41,951 nt of DNA from a virus (taxonomy: Duplodnaviria > Caudoviricetes), in IMG/VR virus record IMGVR_UViG_3300048998_000066, positions 1 through 41,951 of that record, one strand, 5' to 3'. Within the stretch, counting starts at the first letter, position 1, and every line of letters begins with the position of its first letter. A program made the position numbers and the translations under genes. Below the pieces are notes generated by a model. It was given only the letters and a program-made list of their open reading frames with translations, searched no databases and was not told the DNA's origin. Shown here one piece after another: positions 34,306-41,951 of this stretch.

Positions 34306-35999
34306 AATTGTATGCCCCCAAAGGGTTGAAGTTGAAAGTTGCCGAGTTCGGGCATGGACGCGAGGTCTATGCCCATCATACGTTGGTACTTTAAAGTAGC
34401 TGTACGGAAACGCGTCTGTTCGTCGCCATGTTCAAACACTGAATTATAACGTACGTCGTCTGTCGTATTGCGCGCCATTATGACGTGTATTGCGACAATC
34501 TCTTTCTGGCCCGACCTCGCCAGCCGCGCGATAGTCTGCAACCATTTCTCAAGCGACCATATAGTACTAAAGAAGATTAAAGTATGCCCGCCGAACTGTA
34601 GATTAAGCCCGTGTGCTGCGGACTGCGGGTGGATTAGGAGATTAGGAATACCGCCCTGGTTCCATCTGTCAATAGTTTGTTGGGCGTTCTTCGCGTTTAG
34701 GATCGCGTACGGTATTCCCTCTTTTTTAAAGCGAGCGACTATGCGGTCGCGGTCGTGATTAAACCAGTACGGTATCAACGCGTGTTGATCTAAACTATCT
34801 ATGATCTCGACCAGCTTGTCTAATTTCTCGGTGTGTACTTCCGTCCAAGTTTTCTTACCGGCGTCATTTGTCGAGTACAATGCGCCATTGCATATCTGCC
34901 AGCACATTTGCGATTTTGCGCCACCGTTGGCTGCGATAATGGGGTCTTTCAACATTTCGAATACCGCCTCTTTCTCAAGCTGGCGGTAATGCGGCAAAAT
35001 ACTGGTGGGCAGGTCTATATAGTGTTTCACGGGCGGCAGTTGTTTTGGCAATACACCATAATCTTCTGCGTTTAGTTCTACCGTTACGTCCGCGATTAGC
35101 TCATGTATGCGCTCTGGCGCACCCTTGACCACTGCCCATTCTGGGCGCGCTTCGTCTTCCTCGTCATTCAACTCATAGTCGAACGTATATGCCGCGACTT
35201 GCTTTGTCTTGTGAAAGTACCGCCCCTGGAACGTGTCAAAAGTCTTGTGCAAGCGCGCACCGTGATCAAGTAAGTAAAATGGCGACCACAGATTTTGTAG
35301 ACCCGACGGCGAGGGTGTTCCGGTAAGTACTGCAACGCGTTTGAAGCGAGGAGCCGAGACAACGCGGGTAAGTCCGGTAAGGGGGCAGGTCCAAGCTTTG
35401 CCTGTAATTGGGTCTTTGACCAATACGCGCGTACCGTAATTCGAAAGCACCCGAAAGCGTTTCGCACGGTTGTCTTTAAACATGGAACTTTCGTCGATGA
35501 TGAGTACATCATATTGATTTTCCCAGTCTGCACGTATGTACTTCTGTAGCCACGCTAGCATTTCAGGGTTGATCAGATGAATGTCAGCCGGGCGTTTTTG
35601 TGCGAAAGAACGACGTTTCTCGTCACCGCGTATAAGTTCGAACGTGAGGCCCTGCGTGTGTGACCATTCTCTGGCCTCCTGCTGCCAGACTGTCTCACAT
35701 ACTTTAATGGGTGCAACGATCAATACGGGATGCTTTAAAAGGCCGCATTTCTTCCACTCCACAATTGCCGTGAGGGCCGTAATCGTCTTACCGAGGCCGG
35801 GGTCAATATGCACCGCAACCCCATCCCGGATGGGGTTCATCGGGTCTTTCTTACCGGTCATGGGATCACGTATGGGCTCGCCCATGAATATCTTATGGGC
35901 CGCGCGTAGCTGGTACGAGCGCATAGGTGCGCCATCGGACAAGCGTACGCGCTGCTCGCTCCATGAGAACCCAGTATCGGAGAGTAGATCAGGTAACAT
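34302..35999 (-). CDS. SNF2-family helicase
   Basis: DPGLGKT, IIDESS, LTGTP, HGLNLQ, QTIARLARSGQ; start MLPDL. Confidence 0.92.
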   Translation of the reverse strand: MLPDLLSDTGFSWSEQRVRLSDGAPMRSYQLRAAHKIFMGEPIRDPMTGKKDPMNPIRDGVAVHIDPGLGKTITALTAIVEWKKCGLLKHPVLIVAPIKVCETVWQQEAREWSHTQGLTFELIRGDEKRRSFAQKRPADIHLINPEMLAWLQKYIRADWENQYDVLIIDESSMFKDNRAKRFRVLSNYGTRVLVKDPITGKAWTCPLTGLTRVVSAPRFKRVAVLTGTPSPSGLQNLWSPFYLLDHGARLHKTFDTFQGRYFHKTKQVAAYTFDYELNDEEDEARPEWAVVKGAPERIHELIADVTVELNAEDYGVLPKQLPPVKHYIDLPTSILPHYRQLEKEAVFEMLKDPIIAANGGAKSQMCWQICNGALYSTNDAGKKTWTEVHTEKLDKLVEIIDSLDQHALIPYWFNHDRDRIVARFKKEGIPYAILNAKNAQQTIDRWNQGGIPNLLIHPQSAAHGLNLQFGGHTLIFFSTIWSLEKWLQTIARLARSGQKEIVAIHVIMARNTTDDVRYNSVFEHGDEQTRFRTATLKYQRMMGIDLASMPELGNFQLQPFGGIQL

Positions 36000-36399
36000 C
36001 GACCCAAGCATGTTCTTGGCGGTTAAAAGGCGGCACGCATATAATAGTACGTGCATCTCGATTTAGTACGCCGCAAGAACTACAGCGCCGCAGTCTTTTA
36101 CGCTCACAAATATCCAATAATGTTAGTACCAGCTCGTCTACCTTCGCATACGTATCTACCATGTCTAAGACAAGTACGCCACGCTCACGCCATTCGTCGC
36201 GCGTTAGTTCTTGAGCGCGGCGCTCGGTCTTACCGGGGCGTTTAAGCTCGATTACCCACGGTGGGCCGGGCGACCACTTGGGACGCAGTATCAGCCGATC
36301 CGGCGTGTGGCTTGTGCCGGACGTCGTGAGTTTGAGTACTTTAAAACCGTGCAGCGTAAGCCTGAACACGAGCCGCTGTTCAACCGGGGCCTCCTTCAT
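35989..36399 (-). CDS. VRR-NUC domain nuclease
   Basis: E..VE, PDRLIL, IELKRPG, Q motifs. Confidence 0.85.
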   Translation of the reverse strand: MKEAPVEQRLVFRLTLHGFKVLKLTTSGTSHTPDRLILRPKWSPGPPWVIELKRPGKTERRAQELTRDEWRERGVLVLDMVDTYAKVDELVLTLLDICERKRLRRCSSCGVLNRDARTIICVPPFNRQEHAWVDVT

Positions 36400-36731
36400 T
36401 TCAACATACCCTCTATGAGTGCTCTTATGCGCGTGGCGGTTAGACCACTCGTAAACCCGGCTTGCAGCACGTCAGCAAAACGTACTTTAAAGTCTTCTTC
36501 ATTACTCATTGGGAACGTATGCCGCCATACTTGGTGGCGCTGCGGGATAGGCGAGATAGACAGCACGGCGTCCGGCTCGACCAGTATAGTAGCGTACTGG
36601 CAACGAAACTCGTCTGCCTCTCGCAATGTTTGCGCGATCCACGCCTCGCGTTGCTGATCATTCGCCCCGTACCATTCGGCCTCAGTGAGAATGTACGAAT
36701 ATACGGTTGACGTATTAACTAGCTTTGCCAT
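36396..36731 (-). CDS. Hypothetical protein
   Basis: 111 aa; ATGA coupling. Confidence 0.7.
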   Translation of the reverse strand: MAKLVNTSTVYSYILTEAEWYGANDQQREAWIAQTLREADEFRCQYATILVEPDAVLSISPIPQRHQVWRHTFPMSNEEDFKVRFADVLQAGFTSGLTATRIRALIEGMLK

Positions 36732-36732
36732 G

Positions 36733-36876
36733 TTACTCTGCCTTTATGATTTCAAGCGCCATTACGTACATGGCCGCGTGGTGTGCTTTTTCCGGGTTAA
36801 ACCCCCAAGCCGGGTGTGTGCTGTCGTATAGTATTCCGCTATTCGTCCAAAACCAGTACGCCAAATACCACTGCAT
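36733..36876 (-). CDS. Small aromatic-rich hypothetical protein (47 aa)
   Basis: Hand-translated MQWYLAYWFW...; TAATG coupling to the polymerase stop; fills the gap exactly. Confidence 0.6.
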   Translation of the reverse strand: MQWYLAYWFWTNSGILYDSTHPAWGFNPEKAHHAAMYVMALEIIKAE

Positions 36877-39065
36877 TATCCGTACCTTCTCATGCGTGTT
36901 GCTTCAGCGGCGATAGGTAAGTCCCCAATCCAGTCCTCTTGTTGACACATGAGGCTGGCGAGTTCTTCGGGGCTGCCATGACCCTTTAAAGGCATCGTTA
37001 CGTTACTGTCATGAACGAGCATAATAGACGGGTACCCGGCGGCTTCCGCCTTCTTGCCGCCGACGATAAGAATGTCCCGTGCGATCTTCTCGCACGCGTT
37101 CTGTACTAGTTTACCGCCATACGTGCTTTCACGGAAACTCATACCGTTCCACTCTTTACGGTACGTGAGTTCTTCGCGCCACTTGCCGTACATTTGCACG
37201 GTGTTGATCTTCGGGCGGTAATAGTACTGAGCCGATCCGCTCGGGTCTTCGCGAACAAGCCAGTACCGTTCTTCATCGAGCCGCCACACGTAAAACTTAA
37301 CGTCAGTCGCGCCGATAAAGTATTCCTGTCCCTCGTTAGCTATGGCCAGGAGAGCGGCTTTTTCAAAGCGGCTCCAAAGCGCAACGATTTCCGGGTGTGC
37401 TTCGCGGTAAGACTTGATAGTACTCATCGCTTCATCAAGCGTGATGATCAAATCCGAGTTGTCGCAGTACGCGACGAACTGAGGAGGGCCAAGGCCATAG
37501 CCCGCGCCCAGCACCGCCGACTTGGATACTTGGCGCTGTCTTTTAAAGTGCTTAGCGACTTCGCGCTTGCCATTCACCGTTTCGAAACAATCATCGTACA
37601 GAACTTTGTACATATGCTCAGCGGCGAACTTGACGTACGGGTCTTGCTTGTCGCGGAAGGCGGTAAGTAACCATTCGCACCGTGCCAACCACGCCAGTAC
37701 GCGGGCCTCAATCTGCGAATAGTCAACGTCTATGATCTCCCGGCCGGGGAGGGGCTTGATAAACCCCTTCATGGAGACGCTGAGAGCCGCCAGGGGACGC
37801 ATGAAGCGCCATTCGGCTGCATCTACCCATGCGGGCTTTGGAGGGGCCACTACGGGGCCGGAAAGGGCATCCCAAGCCGGGTCTCCGTTGTCCCCGAACC
37901 CAGGCGGCCACCATTCGTCGTTTTCGAAGTACTCAAACATGCGTGTGGCAACTTCCTTATCGCCTCGTTTCATGTTGCCGGTCTGAATACGTTTGTGCGT
38001 CCAACGCGAAGTATGCGCGCCGTGCCATAAGTGGCCGCCGCGCGCGCACCCGTCGTTAGGGTCTGCGCAGGCGCGCATCATCTGTAGTTTTTTCACCGAC
38101 GCCAACGATGTATCTAGACGTATCTGAATGGCGTCGATTAGGTCGTTGGGGAACTCGCTCTGCACCAATCGCTTTAAAGTCTTCGATTTAAGATCGCCGA
38201 GGCTATCAATTTCTTCGCGTTGATTGAGATATTCAAGTACTCGATCGCGCTGCGTTGGTCGAAGCGACGTAATTTCCTCGAAACGGCGATTTGCTTGCGC
38301 CGTGAAGTGATCCGAGAATGCGATTGCTCGTTCGACGCTTTGAACATCGATTGGTACTCCTCGCGTATTGATAAGGTAATCCCACTCCCACGACCATTGT
38401 TCAAACGACGGTAGGTCAGGCAAGATGCTGTCAATATCGCACTCGGCTTTACCGTCGATCTCGCAATACTCAAGCCCGGCTTGCCAGCCCTCGGGATTTT
38501 CGTGTGGTTCGTACCAAAGTTCTTTAACGATGCCGAGTTTCTTTGCGCCTTTGTACTTACGCGGCTTGCAGAAATCGTTTATAAACTGCTTACCGCGCGC
38601 ATCTTTTTGGTTAAGTACTTCAAGATCAGAGGCGGCTCCGTCCAATGATGCTCTAATTCCAAAATACCGACTTCTGGCGGCCGTGCAGGACCATCGAATG
38701 GGAAGCGGCCAACCCCACTTAAGATGACAAATATAGTAGTAAATCGCTTGTTCGAACCGGGCGTTATGTGCAACGAAAGTATCCCCTCGTGCGATTGCAC
38801 TAAGGATTGCAGTTGGGCAAGGCACTTTAAAGACAAAGTACGCGATCTGTTCTTCCGTGAGGTAAGGATATACTGCTTGCGCATAGCCGGGCACCTTGAA
38901 AAAATCTATTGTCTCGAAACGGTCGGGTTGTACGCCTTTGGGGGCCGTACCAATGGTCAACATGAGTGGCGCAGTTGACCAGTGACGCGCGTACGCGTGT
39001 TCGCCCAGCTTGATATCAACCAAGCTACGACTTTCAAAGTCAATGTGCGTTCTCAGCGGTTCCAC
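36876..39065 (-). CDS. polA: Family A DNA polymerase with 3'-5' exonuclease
   Basis: DFES, AHNARFE, motif A DYSQIEAR, motif B RQVSKSAVLGAGYG, motif C LVHDS. Confidence 0.93.
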   Translation of the reverse strand: MEPLRTHIDFESRSLVDIKLGEHAYARHWSTAPLMLTIGTAPKGVQPDRFETIDFFKVPGYAQAVYPYLTEEQIAYFVFKVPCPTAILSAIARGDTFVAHNARFEQAIYYYICHLKWGWPLPIRWSCTAARSRYFGIRASLDGAASDLEVLNQKDARGKQFINDFCKPRKYKGAKKLGIVKELWYEPHENPEGWQAGLEYCEIDGKAECDIDSILPDLPSFEQWSWEWDYLINTRGVPIDVQSVERAIAFSDHFTAQANRRFEEITSLRPTQRDRVLEYLNQREEIDSLGDLKSKTLKRLVQSEFPNDLIDAIQIRLDTSLASVKKLQMMRACADPNDGCARGGHLWHGAHTSRWTHKRIQTGNMKRGDKEVATRMFEYFENDEWWPPGFGDNGDPAWDALSGPVVAPPKPAWVDAAEWRFMRPLAALSVSMKGFIKPLPGREIIDVDYSQIEARVLAWLARCEWLLTAFRDKQDPYVKFAAEHMYKVLYDDCFETVNGKREVAKHFKRQRQVSKSAVLGAGYGLGPPQFVAYCDNSDLIITLDEAMSTIKSYREAHPEIVALWSRFEKAALLAIANEGQEYFIGATDVKFYVWRLDEERYWLVREDPSGSAQYYYRPKINTVQMYGKWREELTYRKEWNGMSFRESTYGGKLVQNACEKIARDILIVGGKKAEAAGYPSIMLVHDSNVTMPLKGHGSPEELASLMCQQEDWIGDLPIAAEATRMRRYG

Positions 39066-39089
39066 TAGTACGGCCCTTACAGGTACGGC

Positions 39090-39788
39090 TTACAGGATAT
39101 TGCCGAGCGGTGCGCCGCCCGCCACGCCCGTTGCCAGAGGATCAAACTGCGATTTGGCGTCAGGACGCCCGCCGCCACCGATGCGCTCCCACGGACCGCC
39201 GGGGGCGATCTGGATATTGTTGAGCCGCTTGGAGATGAAACGCTTACCGGAATACTCGGTACCGAACATGATACCCGACACGCGGCACATGGCCCCGGCA
39301 TACATATCTGTCGGCATGGCGTCGTTGTTGTAGGCATCGATCAGACCGGGCGCGCCCGCGTACGTAATCTGCCCGTTCGGGTGTCGCGTCGGTTTCGCCG
39401 ACTGCTTGAAATTCATGTAAACGCCGCCGAACAAGTACTCGCGTTTCTTCGTGTTGTGTTCGGGATTGTCGCCATCCATCAGGAACGGCTGAAGGTTAAG
39501 CCATGCGTCGTTGCCGGCATCCGGCCCCCACGCTTCGTCGCGCACTTGCGCGGCCAGCGTGCGCATAGGTACTAGCGTCGTATCGCGTTCGGCCTTGGGC
39601 CACCAGAGCGTGACTTTAAAGTCGGCAACTTGAATGCCGTCCTTGTCGAGTACCGGGTCCTGCGAGTTTTCCTTCGTTTGGAGTTGCGGCTTGTCGTGGT
39701 ACGAATGCACCGCCTTGCCGATGGGGGAAATAAATTCCAAAAATTTCGGTTTGCCACCATTGGCGGCATAGCATGGGGTAATAGTCAT
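39090..39788 (-). CDS. ssDNA-binding protein (DUF2815 / Enc34-like)
   Basis: DGD, YAGAMCRV, ISKRLNNIQ, GGG motifs; start MTITP after AAAGGA. Confidence 0.8.
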   Translation of the reverse strand: MTITPCYAANGGKPKFLEFISPIGKAVHSYHDKPQLQTKENSQDPVLDKDGIQVADFKVTLWWPKAERDTTLVPMRTLAAQVRDEAWGPDAGNDAWLNLQPFLMDGDNPEHNTKKREYLFGGVYMNFKQSAKPTRHPNGQITYAGAPGLIDAYNNDAMPTDMYAGAMCRVSGIMFGTEYSGKRFISKRLNNIQIAPGGPWERIGGGGRPDAKSQFDPLATGVAGGAPLGNIL

Positions 39789-39801
39789 AACCTGTTTTCC
39801 T

Positions 39802-41028
39802 TTAAAGAATGTTTGGAACGTTAGAAGACGTTGCGGGGCTAAGTACGCCAAACTCACTGCCCCGTTTGTGAGCCGGTCGTCCATCGATGGCCCGTTCAAG
39901 TGTAAGGCCAGCGGAGGTTTCTGCTATGTATCTGCCTACTACGTTATCGTAAAGTTGTTTCCAGCCGCCGCGCGGCAGGCTGTGAACACGGGCGTATTGC
40001 TTAAGTACGTCCTCAATATGCTTGGGCGTACCGAGATGCTTTAAAATACGCTCATCGCTGAACTGCAAACCACCGAGGTTCATAAACCCAAGTTCGGGAA
40101 ATAGGCGCTGCGCCCATTCCTCGCCCAGCATTTCCCATACCGCTGCTGTCAGCCTTTCGGCGTTGCGTACTTCGCGGTTACGGCGGCCTTTCACGACTTT
40201 GTATCCCTCGATCTTGCGGTCCATATTCATAATACGGCGCATGGCCTCGGATCGCAGTTCGGTACGGTACCCGGCAAGTTCGTCAGAGGCGTCCAGGGCT
40301 TTTGATAGGTCCGCGTCGGACATGGCCTTAAGCTCGCTGGCGTGCCAGCCTAGCGACAAGTCCTCTTGCGTGTAGGTGCGGAAAGCCTCGCACGCGCCTC
40401 TGTGATTGCAGTACGACGCTTTGCAATGGTGGCCCGCCTCGCAGTGATCGGGGTTTTCCATTGACCAGCGCAGGCGGGCGCGGTGCGTTTCAACGTCCGC
40501 GTGCGTGGGCTCCCAAAAGCGCAGCGGACCCTCTATGTGATCGAAGTTCGGTTGATGCGCGCCAATGCGATAGTATGGGCGCGGACCGTACTTGTCGATA
40601 GCGCCACACAAGTATGTCATCATTTGTTCGTTGTGCGGTACGTTTACGACGATATAGCCACTTTTGTGATCAACTATCTCTAGCCATTCCGGCGAGACAA
40701 GTATGATATCAGCAGTGCCAAATTCACCCGTTTCGGTTATGTCTAGTTGCTGTTCGACGTACAGCTTAGTATCCGGCCCAAGTTCTTTAAAGCGCTTGAC
40801 TACGTAATCGTATAAATCCTGTAGCGCCTCAGCGGCGTTGGGATCACACGTCGGAGGAAGCGTGCCGAACTGAAGTAAGTCCTCCATAAGCTTGTGCCAA
40901 AGATCGCCCTTAGCCGACGCCTCGGTTTCGACATTGTCGTACAGAGACGTAACCGTTGCGGAGAACGGGCATGACAACCAGCGCTTGGCGGCGCTAGGTG
41001 GCCTGTTTTTTGCGTGCGCGGTTGCCAT
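39802..41028 (-). CDS. DUF2800 / Cas4-like PD-(D/E)xK exonuclease
   Basis: HA..PPSAAKRWLSCP, FGTAD, VDHKSG, NEQMMTY, C..C..C cluster, GYKVVKGR. Confidence 0.88.
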   Translation of the reverse strand: MATAHAKNRPPSAAKRWLSCPFSATVTSLYDNVETEASAKGDLWHKLMEDLLQFGTLPPTCDPNAAEALQDLYDYVVKRFKELGPDTKLYVEQQLDITETGEFGTADIILVSPEWLEIVDHKSGYIVVNVPHNEQMMTYLCGAIDKYGPRPYYRIGAHQPNFDHIEGPLRFWEPTHADVETHRARLRWSMENPDHCEAGHHCKASYCNHRGACEAFRTYTQEDLSLGWHASELKAMSDADLSKALDASDELAGYRTELRSEAMRRIMNMDRKIEGYKVVKGRRNREVRNAERLTAAVWEMLGEEWAQRLFPELGFMNLGGLQFSDERILKHLGTPKHIEDVLKQYARVHSLPRGGWKQLYDNVVGRYIAETSAGLTLERAIDGRPAHKRGSEFGVLSPATSSNVPNIL

Positions 41029-41041
41029 GCCCTTTAGGTAC

Positions 41042-41404
41042 CTAGACGATAGGCGCGTCAGTGGGGTCGGCCTGTTCTAGGCCGGTTTGCTGCGTAATGT
41101 CGCCTTGCTGCAACGGATGCACTTCGATACCCGTTGCGGCGTTCTCCGCTGTGGGGTCGCTGGGCGCGGCTTGCAAGCGGGCTACATTGCGATTAATGCG
41201 GGCCGTCAGGATTTTCGAGTAACCATGCATGAAGTTGTATTGATCTTGCAGCAAGTCCCGGTCGCCCGCCGGAAGTTCGGTGTACTCGTTACTATCAAGG
41301 AACGTACGGATCTTCATTAAACGCGCGTCGAGTTCGTTTGCTTCGACGAGCAGACGCTCGTACCAGCCAAGCGGAGTGTTAGTGGCAGTCGTTTCGATAT
41401 CCAT
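41042..41404 (-). CDS. crAss001_48-like helical-hairpin protein
   Basis: ERLLVEANELDARLMKIRTFL...DRDLLQDQYNFMHGYSKILTARI. Confidence 0.75.
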   Translation of the reverse strand: MDIETTATNTPLGWYERLLVEANELDARLMKIRTFLDSNEYTELPAGDRDLLQDQYNFMHGYSKILTARINRNVARLQAAPSDPTAENAATGIEVHPLQQGDITQQTGLEQADPTDAPIV

Positions 41405-41424
41405 TTTTAAAGTCCTTTCAAGTA

Positions 41425-41508
41425 TTAAAGTTCGAACTCATTGTCGGCGTCTTCGAATTCGTCGTCGGCGTCTTCGAATTCGTCGCAAGTGCAATCTTCG
41501 TCTTCCAT
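41425..41508 (-). CDS. Tiny acidic peptide (27 aa) with internal repeat
   Basis: MEDEDCTCDEFEDADDEFEDADNEFEL; starts 2 nt after the upstream stop, GGAGG upstream. Confidence 0.55.
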   Translation of the reverse strand: MEDEDCTCDEFEDADDEFEDADNEFEL

Positions 41509-41509
41509 C

Positions 41510-41827
41510 TTAGCTATCCATCCTCCCACTGATTAAGGGTTTCTTACCGAGAGCGCCGGCCCCTTGGGGCAGTACGCCTTTACGCGCTTCATCGAACCGC
41601 GCCATGCGGATCGTGAGTAGGTGCAAGTACGTTTGCATCTGTTCCCGTTGCAGTACTAGCAGATGCTTGTCCAGCACGTCGAGGGTTTCGAACCCGGGAG
41701 TACCGGTGAATTGGGTAATTGCCGCGATGCGCTTGGACAGGTCGTCGCCCTCCTTGCGTATGGCGTTGATCAATTGCTGGTAGGGTATCCCGGCAGTACC
41801 GGTCGCCCCGATGATATGGTCTGCCAT
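41510..41827 (-). CDS. Second crAss001_48-like protein
   Basis: KEGDDLSKRIAAITQF...FETLDVLDKHLLVLQREQMQTYLHLLTIRM; start MADHII after AAAGGT. Confidence 0.75.
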   Translation of the reverse strand: MADHIIGATGTAGIPYQQLINAIRKEGDDLSKRIAAITQFTGTPGFETLDVLDKHLLVLQREQMQTYLHLLTIRMARFDEARKGVLPQGAGALGKKPLISGRMDS

Positions 41828-41951
41828 ATGTACTACCTTTAAAGAAAGTGTGGTGGGGTTCATACCCCAACAGGGGTTTAGTCCTGTCTAGCCTTCCGCC
41901 GAAGCAAACGACCTCCGCAAAGATATGAACCCCATAAACAACTATATAGAA
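41791..41951. repeat. Terminal direct repeat (copy of 1-149 plus 12 bp)
   Basis: Direct sequence comparison with the window start. Confidence 0.95.

Noticed and set aside
36990-37030. Polymerase motif C HDS as a sign of modified-base (Z-DNA type) replication
   Set aside because: HDS occurs in ordinary phage PolA, and no purZ, dATPase or other base-modification genes are visible

Overview
The window is an apparently complete, circularly permuted ~41.8 kb podovirus-type dsDNA phage genome. Positions 1-149 repeat 41791-41951 apart from a 12-bp indel. Layout: (i) a leftward replication module wrapping the ends (primase-helicase, two crAss001_48-like paralogs, DUF2800 Cas4-like nuclease, DUF2815 SSB, family A DNA polymerase, VRR-NUC, SNF2 helicase); (ii) a leftward accessory block at 3.0-11.5 kb (small ORFs, tRNA-Val(UAC), RHH protein, MoxR-type AAA+/vWA-like pair, degenerate SprT); (iii) an AT-rich repeat-laden non-coding divergence region at 11.5-12.4 kb; (iv) a rightward morphogenesis and lysis block at 12.4-33.4 kb. 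I saw no integrase, repressor, RNA polymerase or methyltransferase. Near-absence of GANTC and CTTGAC-type promoters suggest an alphaproteobacterial host (inference). Most notable signals: about 42 exact copies of the palindrome CTTTAAAG spread over the genome; a shared C-terminal P-x-I-L / P-I-[IV] tail on eight proteins of different function; two CCA-terminated non-tRNA hairpin RNAs; two signal-peptide-bearing virion-like proteins at the head of the late operon; and a SprT-like protein with three active-site substitutions. All family assignments come from motif recognition by eye, not database searches.
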